Source: a virus (Duplodnaviria > Caudoviricetes). From it: DNA of 37,969 nt. The DNA is taken from positions 1 through 37,969 of IMG/VR virus record IMGVR_UViG_3300032125_000012; one strand, 5' to 3'. This document shows, in pieces, positions 25,921 to 35,304 of this stretch. Position numbers and translations under genes: made by a program. The notes under the pieces were generated by a model. It was not told the origin of the DNA, did not search any database, and worked only from the letters and a program-made list of their open reading frames with translations. Numbering within the stretch: the stretch's first letter is position 1; each line of letters starts with the position of its first letter.

Positions 25921-27603
25921 TTAAACAACTCCAATCATATTCTTAGCTTGTTTCTCGCTTAATTGAAGTCCTCCAACTAAGATTGCTAAACCTTGTTCAA
26001 TGCTTAATACACCACTTTTTACTTGACCAACAACATTCATCACACTGGTAATTTGAGCACCATTTAATACAACGTCTCCATTATCAGTTACCACTACTTC
26101 ATCAGTAGCTGCTTCACTCACATTAGTAGCAGGCGTTGTCCCGAACATGTCCGACATTTCCGGACTGACTACTCCTATTCCTTGTTCTTGCTGAATCATT
26201 TCTAGGTATTGTTTAGCTGTCTCTTCTGGAACGTCAGATGTCTTTTGAATCGCAATCAATTTAGGAAGGAATCCAGCTCCGACCATTGCAGAATAATAGT
26301 TAAAGTTTTCTTGACGATCTTGAGCAATCGAATCATCAAAATCTATCCCTATCTCAAACTCTTTTTCGCCATCGTATAAATCGTAAAGAATCGCAACGTC
26401 AATAATAGATGTGATTAATTCTTTGATACCTTCTTCAATTAAAACCTCATGTTTATTCTTTGTTTGATACGTCTTAGAGTTTTGAGACACTACTTCTGTT
26501 GCTGTTTTTATGCCTGTACCATCGAATCTAAACGAACCCGGGTTAAACCCTACTTTCATGCTTAGAACGTCTAAGATAGAGTTAATTGAATTGATTATGT
26601 CCGTTGAACGGATATCAACCGTTAAATCTTTTACCCCACCACCTTCTTCCATGTTAAACGCATCGAATATCGTTTCGTCAGGATCCAACACTTGAACAAT
26701 ATTACCGTTTGCATCTGGATAAGCTTTAACCATACTTCTATCAACCGCGATACGTCTTTTGCCTAATTCAAACTCATGGAAAAAGAAGTCATACATATAA
26801 TCGAGCAAATACAAATCATCGTAACAATTCTCGAATAAACTAATCCCTAATGGACTGGTCATGTCTTTATTGTTAGCAATGTTAGGTTTGAAATAAACGA
26901 ACAACGAACGTCTTAACTCATTGATATAAACTTTTTCTTCTAAGTCTGGATAAAGAGTTGCTAACCCTACTTTAGTACCTAACTCACCCTCAACCGTTGA
27001 TTGATACAATTCATTCGTAACAACATATTGATCGCCTTCCCATTCATTCCACTCAAGCAATGTATAGTACTTATCACCTTTCGTTTCTTCACTAATGAAT
27101 AAAGCTTCGTCAATGTTCTCTGAATCACTAGACAGCGGATAAAAGGCGTCTGCGACTGCATAAGCTAATTTGATTTGTCCGTCATAAGCAAATACTTTAA
27201 CAGCCATTCCGCCAGTTGCATAAGCGTATTCGAGATAGCGCGAGAAATTCTTATGGAATCCATTACTCTTTAACGTATCGTCAATAAACTCTTGTGCAAC
27301 ATCATCGTCAATCGTGATCGTTGCTTTCTCATTAAAGATCAACGTGGCCATTTCTTCTGCAATCTTCTTACCCATTCCCATCGAGAACATCTTACGTTTC
27401 TTATTAACGCCTGCAGATGTTCTGAATTCAATATCATGCCACTCTGACAGAAACCCTGAATAGATAGCTTTATTCTTTGCTATTCTTTTGTAGGCATCAT
27501 CATCTACATTTACATCCTTATGTTCCTTAATCGTCTTTAGCTGCTTTAATATCCCCATTTTAGTTAACCACCCCTTTACGGTTGCTACAGTTTTGTCAAA
27601 CAT
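25921..27603 (-). CDS. Portal protein (A118/SPP1 Gp6-like)
   Basis: ANNKDMTSPLGIS, KTATEVVS, FDDSI motifs. Confidence 0.93.
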   Translation of the reverse strand: MFDKTVATVKGWLTKMGILKQLKTIKEHKDVNVDDDAYKRIAKNKAIYSGFLSEWHDIEFRTSAGVNKKRKMFSMGMGKKIAEEMATLIFNEKATITIDDDVAQEFIDDTLKSNGFHKNFSRYLEYAYATGGMAVKVFAYDGQIKLAYAVADAFYPLSSDSENIDEALFISEETKGDKYYTLLEWNEWEGDQYVVTNELYQSTVEGELGTKVGLATLYPDLEEKVYINELRRSLFVYFKPNIANNKDMTSPLGISLFENCYDDLYLLDYMYDFFFHEFELGKRRIAVDRSMVKAYPDANGNIVQVLDPDETIFDAFNMEEGGGVKDLTVDIRSTDIINSINSILDVLSMKVGFNPGSFRFDGTGIKTATEVVSQNSKTYQTKNKHEVLIEEGIKELITSIIDVAILYDLYDGEKEFEIGIDFDDSIAQDRQENFNYYSAMVGAGFLPKLIAIQKTSDVPEETAKQYLEMIQQEQGIGVVSPEMSDMFGTTPATNVSEAATDEVVVTDNGDVVLNGAQITSVMNVVGQVKSGVLSIEQGLAILVGGLQLSEKQAKNMIGVV

Positions 27604-27614
27604 TCAATCACCGC

Positions 27615-27866
27615 CTATTCTGCTAATTCATATGTTTGTTTAAAGATGTCTGGTTTACATGGATATAATTCACCTTGTACGCCTTTGATAATGTAGTCAC
27701 CGACGCTTGCTCTCATAGAACCTTCTAAAGTCATAATTTCAATACGCTCTCCTGGAGTACAAGAGCCGATTCTCTCGTTATTCATAAATAAAACACATTC
27801 TTTAGTGTTATCTTTAGTAAATTTAATCGCTTCAACTACTACTGGTTTCTTTCTATATTTCATCAT
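27615..27866 (-). CDS. Conserved phage protein (YRKKPVVVEA...CKPDIF family)
   Basis: TLEG.M.AS.GDYIIKGVQGELYPCKPDIF motif. Confidence 0.8.
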   Translation of the reverse strand: MMKYRKKPVVVEAIKFTKDNTKECVLFMNNERIGSCTPGERIEIMTLEGSMRASVGDYIIKGVQGELYPCKPDIFKQTYELAE

Positions 27867-27874
27867 TATTCCTC

Positions 27875-29182
27875 CTAATATTTAAGCCCTAAGTCTCTCA
27901 AATTATCTTTAACCATGTATTGTAGGGCATCGCAAGTATGGTCATCTTCTTTTACTACTTCTGGTTCTTTTCCAGGAGCTAATGACTTCTGGTCCCATTG
28001 GTACTTGCGATGCTCTTCGATAAAGATCTCGTTAGCTGGTATATCAAAATAAAAGAATCTACCTTGTGCTAACAAATCATGAACATAATCAATCATGTCT
28101 ACCTTTTTGCCTTTAGCAACTGCATGTAAATGTTCACTGTAATCCTTGAAGTATTGATTCCGTATTCCACCTTCTGCTGAATCAATTGTCTTTTGATAAA
28201 CTGGAATATTGTATTGCTTACGAACTTTCTCGTAAAACTGATTAAGCTCTTCCGTCAACTCACTTGGTGCTTTCTTAACTAATTTGCCTGCAGGTGAATA
28301 ATAATAGGTGTCGAGTAGAACAACACATCGTTTTCTAGTCAATCCAAACGCTAGTGTTGTAGTAGCCGATACTTGGTGACCTGTATCGGTTGCAAAATAC
28401 AATCCGATTAAATGGTCATCATCTGGTATCTCGTCAATAGAATGGAAGTTTGCCATGTTATAAACGTTATCACCCATTCCAATAACTTCGCCTTTGTACA
28501 TCCATCGCCAATAGTCCATATCGTTTATTTTATAGTTCTCTATTTTCTTAAGAATCTGTTTTGAATTGTAACCACGAATATCATCTATATAAGTTGAATG
28601 ATGGACCATAAAGCTATCATCATTTTTATGTTTCTCAGCAAATTCATTGCTCCAATGGTACGGATTGCGTTCTGGATTCCAGGAGTACCATGTCTGCATT
28701 TCTCGATTGTCAGGTAACGTCTCACGAATGAATGTATCTTGAATCGTATCTAACGCTTTCTCTCCATCGAATGAGTTCATTTCCTCGAACCACAAATCTT
28801 GCACGTAACCAACTGGAATCTTTAATGATTTCAACTTCTCGGGATCATCAGCTCCACTAAAATGAAATCCTGTTCCCCATTTCTTATGGATAATCTGCAT
28901 AGGGTTAGATTGAAATACAAATTGATTTGCAACACCCGCATCATGCAAAGCCCATGAAATCTGCGAATAAACTGACTTACGCAACGTATTTGCAACTTGA
29001 CGCAAGATAACCGCATTACCCATTGAATAACGCATTTTCTTCTCAACAAGCTTTTGACTGATAACCGATGATTTTGTACTCGAGCGGCCACCTTTTAAAA
29101 TCAAATCTGTTTTATCTGATATCCATATCGAATAGAATTTAGGGTTTAGTTTTTCGAAAGGATCATTCACTTTAATCGGCAT
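27875..29182 (-). CDS. terL: Terminase large subunit (PBSX family)
   Basis: KGGRSSTKS Walker A, WFEE Walker B, DDHTCDALQY nuclease motif; start may be at 29182 or 29194. Confidence 0.95.
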   Translation of the reverse strand: MPIKVNDPFEKLNPKFYSIWISDKTDLILKGGRSSTKSSVISQKLVEKKMRYSMGNAVILRQVANTLRKSVYSQISWALHDAGVANQFVFQSNPMQIIHKKWGTGFHFSGADDPEKLKSLKIPVGYVQDLWFEEMNSFDGEKALDTIQDTFIRETLPDNREMQTWYSWNPERNPYHWSNEFAEKHKNDDSFMVHHSTYIDDIRGYNSKQILKKIENYKINDMDYWRWMYKGEVIGMGDNVYNMANFHSIDEIPDDDHLIGLYFATDTGHQVSATTTLAFGLTRKRCVVLLDTYYYSPAGKLVKKAPSELTEELNQFYEKVRKQYNIPVYQKTIDSAEGGIRNQYFKDYSEHLHAVAKGKKVDMIDYVHDLLAQGRFFYFDIPANEIFIEEHRKYQWDQKSLAPGKEPEVVKEDDHTCDALQYMVKDNLRDLGLKY

Positions 29183-29960
29183 AAGCTTCACCATGTTCTT
29201 TCATGTACTGTTGCATTGCTTCTTTATTGTCAATAAATACTACTCCACCGTTATTTTCATCGTTATCAGACATAAGTTTGAGCAACTCTTGCATAGCTTT
29301 CTGTTTGTCATACATCTCAACGCTTATTCCATCTTTGCCTTGCGATATACGTTTGATTAACGTTCCATCGAATTGATCGCTAGAGTTTACATAAACCTCG
29401 TTAAAATGTCCTATAACAGCATTACCCTCTATGTCAATGACCTTATTGCCTCGCTTATCATTCAACTCATGATCAGCAAGTTGTACTTTAACAATGTCAT
29501 TAATGTCAGCAAAAGCCTGTTTAAAGTATTCTCTTTTTATATCTTCAACACCTATTAGTAATTCTGAATCCGTTTCTTTCTTTATATCCTTGATAGCATT
29601 AATTATATTAGGTTTCTTTAGCAGCTTATGACTCTCCACTGCTGCTGTACCGTAAGTTGTTTCTTTTACTTTCATATATGATCTTGTAGCATTCCAAGTC
29701 CTTATATATTCATAGCAAAATCCTATTTCCCAACCTTTTAATTCATTGTTATTTCCGATAATCTTTTCAGCTTTTTTCGTTGCAACCTTTTTGCGTTGTG
29801 TTGCACGTTTTGTTGCAACTTTATTTGTTGCGTTGCGTTGCCAATCTTCTCTAGTCTTTCTACTTCTTAAAGTGGCTGGTTTCACATCATGCTTATTTGC
29901 TAATTCTTTCATCGTTATCGAGCTTGTTTCGTATTCCTTTCGTATCTCTTTCCAATTCAC
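29172..29960 (-). CDS. terS: Terminase small subunit
   Basis: N-terminal HTH, FCYEYI..WNAT.SY, YDKQKAMQEL; upstream of terL. Confidence 0.9.
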   Translation of the reverse strand: MNWKEIRKEYETSSITMKELANKHDVKPATLRSRKTREDWQRNATNKVATKRATQRKKVATKKAEKIIGNNNELKGWEIGFCYEYIRTWNATRSYMKVKETTYGTAAVESHKLLKKPNIINAIKDIKKETDSELLIGVEDIKREYFKQAFADINDIVKVQLADHELNDKRGNKVIDIEGNAVIGHFNEVYVNSSDQFDGTLIKRISQGKDGISVEMYDKQKAMQELLKLMSDNDENNGGVVFIDNKEAMQQYMKEHGEAYAD

Positions 29961-30017
29961 ATTGAATCACCACCTACCTTATTAAAGTTGCCTTCACTAG
30001 TTAGTTGTTTTTGTACG

Positions 30018-30572
30018 CTAAACCAATTGTAGTTGCGCTCCATAGAGTAACTCATGATCTATCTTCTTCTTGGCCCTCTCTATATAACGCTGCACTGTAC
30101 TTCTTGGCACGTTCATGTATTCTGCTGTCTCTGCATAAGTGTTGCACCTACCGTAAATAGAGATATATGCCTCTCTCTCTACTTCTGATAGCTCTCTCAT
30201 AACATCATCTATTAGTTCTAACTCTTCTCTTTCTAACTCTCTAGGAGCTTCATAGGATAGATATTTGCTGTGTTCTATATTTCCCCACAATTGAGTGCGC
30301 TTCTTCTTGCTAAGGTTCGTAACAGGACGCTTTTCACCTGCCATACGCTCATGTCCGCTCTCAATCCAAAATAAGGAATACTCTGTGCTTGATATCATTC
30401 CACCAATTAAACTAATGTTTGCTTCAATCTCGCTCAATCGCTCAAATTGTTCAATGCTTAAGTCTTCTATCTCTTTCAAGAATGCTCGCTCACGATCCTT
30501 TGCAAACTTCTCGTTGTTTAGGCTCTTTAAATCTTCACGATACTCATTAGCTATGTCATAGGTATACTTCAC
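30018..30572 (-). CDS. Late transcriptional activator, sigma-70 region-4-like (PBSX Xpf-like)
   Basis: LSEVEREAY..TYAETAEYMNVPRSTVQRYIERAKKKI; last gene before terS. Confidence 0.8.
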   Translation of the reverse strand: MKYTYDIANEYREDLKSLNNEKFAKDRERAFLKEIEDLSIEQFERLSEIEANISLIGGMISSTEYSLFWIESGHERMAGEKRPVTNLSKKKRTQLWGNIEHSKYLSYEAPRELEREELELIDDVMRELSEVEREAYISIYGRCNTYAETAEYMNVPRSTVQRYIERAKKKIDHELLYGAQLQLV

Positions 30573-30595
30573 GTCCTGTCCTCCTTTTCTTTAAC

Positions 30596-30646
30596 AAAAA
30601 AAGAGGCGACAACTAACCCTATTTCTAGGAATTAATTATCGCCTCT
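30596..30646 (-). terminator. Long GAAA-capped intrinsic terminator upstream of the late activator
   Basis: AGAGGCGATAATTAATTCCTA-GAAA-TAGGGTTAGTTGTCGCCTCT followed by a T tract. Confidence 0.8.
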
Positions 30647-30669
30647 GATATATTCAGTCAGCTATTCAA

Positions 30670-30861
30670 TTATAATTTAGTCTTTACTTTTGTTTCTTCC
30701 TCGATAAACATAACTTTTCCATCAGAATTTGTAAGTGTTATGTTTGTCTTGCCATAATTAGGTAATTCTTTAAAATAACTTGTGCCATTTGATAGTATAA
30801 TTATACCATGTTTTCCTTGTAATGTCGCTATTTCATCGGGTTTTATCTGCTTAAATTCCAT
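30670..30861 (-). CDS. XtrA/YqaO-like small protein
   Basis: ELPNYGKT.I...DGKV..IEEE pattern; position upstream of the late activator. Confidence 0.65.
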   Translation of the reverse strand: MEFKQIKPDEIATLQGKHGIIILSNGTSYFKELPNYGKTNITLTNSDGKVMFIEEETKVKTKL

Positions 30862-30872
30862 TTATACACCAC

Positions 30873-31061
30873 CTATATTATTGCTTGCATTAAGTCTATA
30901 AAATACATCCATATTCTAAGTACTCCGATACTAACTAACCCGATAACTGCTAAAGATACTATAACCACAATCGCTCCTGCAAAAACCGTTCCGATTGCGT
31001 AACCTATTTTACTGTTTGCCTTCTTCACTATTGTCAGCTCCTTAGAATGGTAAATCGTCAT
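30873..31061 (-). CDS. Small membrane protein
   Basis: Long hydrophobic segment; true start may be slightly downstream. Confidence 0.6.
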   Translation of the reverse strand: MTIYHSKELTIVKKANSKIGYAIGTVFAGAIVVIVSLAVIGLVSIGVLRIWMYFIDLMQAII

Positions 31062-31476
31062 CTTGAATATCTACTGGTGAACCACTTTTATCGAATGGAT
31101 CGCCATGTTCATTACTTGATTGGTTATGAGACGAACCATTAGATTGTACGTTATCTGCTTTCTTTTCTAAGAAGGTAAAACTTTCAGCAACCACTTCTGT
31201 TACATACACTCTTTGACCTTCCTTATTATCATATGAACGAGTTTGCAAACGTCCAGTAATACCTATCAGCGTTCCTTTTCTAGTAAAGTTAGCTAATGTT
31301 TCTGCTGACTTTCCCCATATAACCACACTAGGGAAATCTGCTTCATGTTCGCCTTTAGTATTTGTAAACTGTCTATTAACCGCTAAATTGAATGTTGCTA
31401 CTGCTTTGCCTGCGGGTGTATATCTTAGATCAGCATCTTTTGTTAGTCTTCCTGTAAGTACAATGTTGTTTATCAT
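31042..31476 (-). CDS. ssb: Single-stranded DNA-binding protein
   Basis: [22 protein letters not shown], acidic DDDLPF tail. Confidence 0.97.
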   Translation of the reverse strand: MINNIVLTGRLTKDADLRYTPAGKAVATFNLAVNRQFTNTKGEHEADFPSVVIWGKSAETLANFTRKGTLIGITGRLQTRSYDNKEGQRVYVTEVVAESFTFLEKKADNVQSNGSSHNQSSNEHGDPFDKSGSPVDIQDDDLPF

Positions 31477-31622
31477 TTTTCCACTCCTAATTCTTTTGTT
31501 AGTTTATTTATTAATTCTATAGCTTCATCTTCGTCAATAGTGAACCATCTGCATTGTTTACCTCGTTTAATAGTTACCTCAAACTTTTCATCTTTTTTAG
31601 TTATGATAATGCTATCAGCCAT
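31473..31622 (-). CDS. Small hypothetical protein (49 aa)
   Basis: Not in the ORF track; GAGGAG RBS; ATGA overlap with ssb. Confidence 0.6.
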   Translation of the reverse strand: MADSIIITKKDEKFEVTIKRGKQCRWFTIDEDEAIELINKLTKELGVEK

Positions 31623-31635
31623 AGTTATCATCTCC

Positions 31636-32172
31636 TCAGTCTAATGGGTTAGTACCTGCATAATGTGTTGCTATTCTCCGTTTTGATTCGGCTTCTTTAC
31701 GACTAATTTCAGATAAATCTCTCATAAACGATCCAAACGTATCGTTTTGTTTCTTGTTTTCATCTGCTGTTGCATTGCTTATTTCGATTAAATTAACTTT
31801 AGGCACCATTTTTATTTTCTCTTCTAGCGCATTTCTAACTGATTCTAAAGCTTCGTTTTTATTCCCCTCGATTTCGATGGGTTTAAATTCTTCATACTCA
31901 ATAATCTGTTCAAGGTTTTCTTTTGCTTTTTTAATGTCTTCAATACCATTTTTTAACGGTGCTCTCAATAAGTATTCGATTGCTGAACCAATTCTATGAG
32001 ATACATAACCATCTGTATATCGAGGTAGGAAGTTTTGTGTTACTTCCTCCACTTCTAACCCCTGTATTCCGATGTAATGATTCGGTTTTGTAATATTATT
32101 TGCATAAGCTTTTTCAGTCTCAGAATCTAACTCATCTATCGTTCTGCCAAAGTGACTCATATCAATTTTCAT
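31636..32172 (-). CDS. DUF3310-domain protein
   Basis: KPNHY...AIEYLLRAPLKNGIEDIKKA motif. Confidence 0.8.
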   Translation of the reverse strand: MKIDMSHFGRTIDELDSETEKAYANNITKPNHYIGIQGLEVEEVTQNFLPRYTDGYVSHRIGSAIEYLLRAPLKNGIEDIKKAKENLEQIIEYEEFKPIEIEGNKNEALESVRNALEEKIKMVPKVNLIEISNATADENKKQNDTFGSFMRDLSEISRKEAESKRRIATHYAGTNPLD

Positions 32173-32378
32173 CTTTTAAACCTCGCTTTAACTTCTTTAT
32201 CTTTAATCAGTTCTGCAATCAATTGCGCAGCTATTGTACTCTCAAATTGTTCAGCCATTTCAGAAGTCCATGTTTCATTTATAGATTCGCTTAGCGATTC
32301 TTTATCGGTATCATCTTCAAACTCTAAAGTGTTAAAAATTATCTTTTTTACGTTTTCTAAATCAATAATCATTTTCAT
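32169..32378 (-). CDS. Hypothetical protein
   Basis: Translationally coupled ORF in the early operon. Confidence 0.6.
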   Translation of the reverse strand: MKMIIDLENVKKIIFNTLEFEDDTDKESLSESINETWTSEMAEQFESTIAAQLIAELIKDKEVKARFKR

Positions 32379-32695
32379 CCCATTACCTCCTTAATAACTA
32401 CCCCTGTCTCTAGCTCAATAGTCTTGTGCATATCTACCAAACTCAATCGATCATCTTCAAAAGCCTCATAAATATCGAATACTTTATCCGTAAAGAGACT
32501 TAACCGTTTCTTTCCAAATCCGAATTGATCTCGCAATACCATCATTGGCATAGCTAGCATGATTGCAAAGGCTCGTCTAGTCGCTGCCATCGTTGCATCT
32601 TCTTTTATTTTATCTATCTGTGCTTGCGTGAATGTGTACGTTTTAGTTTGTTTGACCAGTAGACGGTCTTTTCTGTGCTTCTCTGAACGATTCAT
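32375..32695 (-). CDS. Conserved phage hypothetical protein
   Basis: LRDQFGFGKKRL..F motif; ATGA overlaps. Confidence 0.7.
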   Translation of the reverse strand: MNRSEKHRKDRLLVKQTKTYTFTQAQIDKIKEDATMAATRRAFAIMLAMPMMVLRDQFGFGKKRLSLFTDKVFDIYEAFEDDRLSLVDMHKTIELETGVVIKEVMG

Positions 32696-32916
32696 TTTCT
32701 AGGCACCTCTAATTCATGTAAATCTCTAACTGGTTCAATTGGATTCAATTCATAACTTTTTATTTCTTTTTCAGTGAGTTGTCGATTATAAGCTACTGCA
32801 CCGTATTTTCTACCTTTATAATTAGTGTGATTATGTTCTGTTGCTACACAATCTTTAGAAGGGAAGCAACCTGGAGATATGCCTCTATAAACTAATTCGT
32901 ACCAATATACTTTCAT
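32692..32916 (-). CDS. Stand-alone DarA C-terminal-like domain protein
   Basis: Y...RG.SPGCFP...YGAVAYNRQLTEKEIKSYEL pattern. Confidence 0.6.
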   Translation of the reverse strand: MKVYWYELVYRGISPGCFPSKDCVATEHNHTNYKGRKYGAVAYNRQLTEKEIKSYELNPIEPVRDLHELEVPRK

Positions 32917-32928
32917 CTTCCATTCCCC

Positions 32929-33165
32929 CTAATATCTACTAGCTTTCTTTCTATTCAACCTAGCAGGTCTCCTACCACCTTTTGGACGGTTCAGCACCTC
33001 TTTCTCTGTCATAAATCCTAAATAGTATGCGCCTGCGTAATTTGCCACTTGCTGTGCTAGTCTGCTTGGATAGCTAACCAAACCGTTGGCATGGTCATAA
33101 AATGAATATGGTGGTGCGTTTTTTGGGTCTGTGCATCGGTAGAAATGTTGCTTTTCGTTATACAT
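32929..33165 (-). CDS. Hypothetical protein
   Basis: 78-aa ORF with AAGGAG RBS. Confidence 0.6.
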   Translation of the reverse strand: MYNEKQHFYRCTDPKNAPPYSFYDHANGLVSYPSRLAQQVANYAGAYYLGFMTEKEVLNRPKGGRRPARLNRKKASRY

Positions 33166-33329
33166 TATCGATAGCTCCTTGTCATATCAATTTGTTTACC
33201 TGTAATATCTTTAAATAACGGATAGTCTAATCCTGTACGTGATTTCCATTCAATCTTTATTTCATTTACATATTTATTTTTATCTACTAATCTAATTAAT
33301 TGGTGTAATGCTAGTTGGTGCAGATTCAT
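33165..33329 (-). CDS. Small hypothetical protein (54 aa)
   Basis: Not in the ORF track; ATGA and TAATG overlaps with both neighbours. Confidence 0.6.
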   Translation of the reverse strand: MNLHQLALHQLIRLVDKNKYVNEIKIEWKSRTGLDYPLFKDITGKQIDMTRSYR

Positions 33330-33514
33330 TCACCATCCTCCTCCAATTCAATAGCAATCCGTCTATTCTTACCGCTACCTCTATTTTGATACGTTTTCGT
33401 TTTATAGAAATAAATAGTATCTACTTTCACATTCAACTTCTCAGCACATTCTTTAGCGGTGCCCATTGTTAGGAGTTCTTCACCTTTGTATACTGCTAAT
33501 GTTTTTGCCGTCAC
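33326..33514 (-). CDS. Small HTH DNA-binding protein
   Basis: AVYKGEELL.MGTAKECAEKLNVK motif. Confidence 0.7.
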   Translation of the reverse strand: MTAKTLAVYKGEELLTMGTAKECAEKLNVKVDTIYFYKTKTYQNRGSGKNRRIAIELEEDGE

Positions 33515-33516
33515 TA

Positions 33517-33675
33517 TTAGCTCTCCTTTACAGTTATCCCTAACCTACCTAAATCCTTGATAACTTTACTTTTTTCATTCGGACCCACACTATCAGCCAA
33601 TATCAACTGAGTAGTGATAATTTTAATGATTGTTGTTTCGTAATCCTCAGTTAGTTTTACTCTTACTGTCGTCAT
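33517..33675 (-). CDS. Small hypothetical protein (52 aa)
   Basis: Not in the ORF track; GGAGG RBS; fills an operon gap. Confidence 0.55.
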   Translation of the reverse strand: MTTVRVKLTEDYETTIIKIITTQLILADSVGPNEKSKVIKDLGRLGITVKES

Positions 33676-33677
33676 AC

Positions 33678-33881
33678 TTACCTCCTATCAATCCAGTAGG
33701 TCTTGGATGAATCAATTTGCGCTCCCGCCTGGTCCAATACCAGCATTGCAATATCAATATTTTTACAGTGGAATCGTCTAGCCATATTGTCCACGCTATC
33801 GCCTTGCTTCCACATTTTTCTAAACTCTTTCATTTCATCGTTTTCCCAGATAAATTTACGATCCTCAAGAATAATTGTCAT
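33678..33881 (-). CDS. Small HTH protein, possibly frameshifted near 33725
   Basis: LED..FIW..E...FRKMW.QG.S...MA...DQA pattern. Confidence 0.65.
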   Translation of the reverse strand: MTIILEDRKFIWENDEMKEFRKMWKQGDSVDNMARRFHCKNIDIAMLVLDQAGAQIDSSKTYWIDRR

Positions 33882-34066
33882 GATTTACCCTCCAATATCC
33901 ATTCATACCCTAAAGCTTCAAACTTAGCTTTCATCATCGCTTTTGACTTTTCCCAACTATCTTCTTTGCTGACACAATACTCACATTTCGTAATGTTCAT
34001 TAAGCCGAAACATGTTGATTCGTATCTAACTCCGTCGACACAATCTGGATGGTTGCATTTACTCAT
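33878..34066 (-). CDS. Small Cys-rich (zinc-finger-like) protein
   Basis: CNHPDC...CEYC. Confidence 0.6.
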   Translation of the reverse strand: MSKCNHPDCVDGVRYESTCFGLMNITKCEYCVSKEDSWEKSKAMMKAKFEALGYEWILEGKS

Positions 34067-34469
34067 GTTTTTTCGCCTCCAATAGTTCTGGATTTTGATA
34101 AAAGTTTCCGATAGACATAAATTCTAAATTTAACATTTCATTTAATTTCCAATGTTTCCAGTTTAAAGCTTGTATTTTATCTGTAGAAACAGCCACATAG
34201 CTACCTAATTCAAATGTTACATAAAAATTTGGACAACCTTTTTTCCCTATTACTGTTCCTTCATAAATCTCAACGTCATTCTTGTCTTTTAATCCTGTGT
34301 ATTGCAGTAATTCAAAATCTGCAAAGTGTTCTTCGCGAGAAAACCATTCTTCTCTATCATCGTCATAATACTTAATCCAAACGAATTCAGCTTCCCAATC
34401 AATACAAGTCACTTCGTACATTTCTTTATATCTTTTGTCCCATGCTCTAAATTTAATCTCTCTACTCAT
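34059..34469 (-). CDS. YopX-family protein
   Basis: REIKFRAWDK, QYTGLKDKN..EIYEG, IGN.Y.NPELL motifs. Confidence 0.92.
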   Translation of the reverse strand: MSREIKFRAWDKRYKEMYEVTCIDWEAEFVWIKYYDDDREEWFSREEHFADFELLQYTGLKDKNDVEIYEGTVIGKKGCPNFYVTFELGSYVAVSTDKIQALNWKHWKLNEMLNLEFMSIGNFYQNPELLEAKKHE

Positions 34470-35304
34470 TTAAATAACCTCCAATTCGTTTATCTGTTGT
34501 ATTCGTAAACTTGATTAACTCGATTTTGCTTCTTAATCTGGATATAATTTTCTTGTCGTACAAACCTTCTAATTCTTCCCAAGATGCGTTCGTAGTAATA
34601 ATGGTCGATTTACCTTGTCTCATATCTCCAATTTCATAAAGTACGCGATGAACAAAGTCTGTTGCTTTTTTATCCGTTCCAATACTGCCCGATTCACTTC
34701 CAACGTCATCTAATACTAGAAAATCAACTTCACCCATCAGCTCTATAAAGTAGTCTTCTGTATAAATAGATTCTTTGTTGCCATAACTAGCTTTTATTTT
34801 GCGCAACATCGCTGCAACACTGATATACAAACACTTTTTATCTTTAGCTCCGTATTCATTGATATTTTTGATCGTTGCCATAGATAAATGACTTTTACCG
34901 ACTCCTGGATCACCCATTAACCAAGTGTTAAATACTTCACCAGACAGATACCGCTTCACTAAAATATTGATATACCGTTTGTTTTTAACTTCTTCCTCTT
35001 GCTTGGTGATGTAATTCTTAAATCCTGCATCCCATAATGGCTTATCAGATAATATGCTCTTATCTTTCAAATATGCGTGTCTAAGCCTATTTTCTAATCT
35101 TTCGAATAAATCCTCATTCTTCTTCTCAATAGCTTTGTTTTTGCGTTCCGTTTCACAACGAGGGCACAACACTGTTCCATTGCTCAACTTCATTAGCTGA
35201 TATTTCTCATGTCCTTCAACTTCACAACTATTAGAAAGGAAAGTCGTCTGGGTACGTTTCATCATCTGCTCCAAAATCGGCTGCATGTCTTTCATCTGGC
35301 TCAC
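34462..35304 (-). CDS. DnaC/IstB-like ATPase (helicase loader)
   Basis: GDPGVGKS Walker A, LVLDDVG Walker B, TIITTN, ISRL. Confidence 0.92.
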   Translation of the reverse strand: MSQMKDMQPILEQMMKRTQTTFLSNSCEVEGHEKYQLMKLSNGTVLCPRCETERKNKAIEKKNEDLFERLENRLRHAYLKDKSILSDKPLWDAGFKNYITKQEEEVKNKRYINILVKRYLSGEVFNTWLMGDPGVGKSHLSMATIKNINEYGAKDKKCLYISVAAMLRKIKASYGNKESIYTEDYFIELMGEVDFLVLDDVGSESGSIGTDKKATDFVHRVLYEIGDMRQGKSTIITTNASWEELEGLYDKKIISRLRSKIELIKFTNTTDKRIGGYLNE

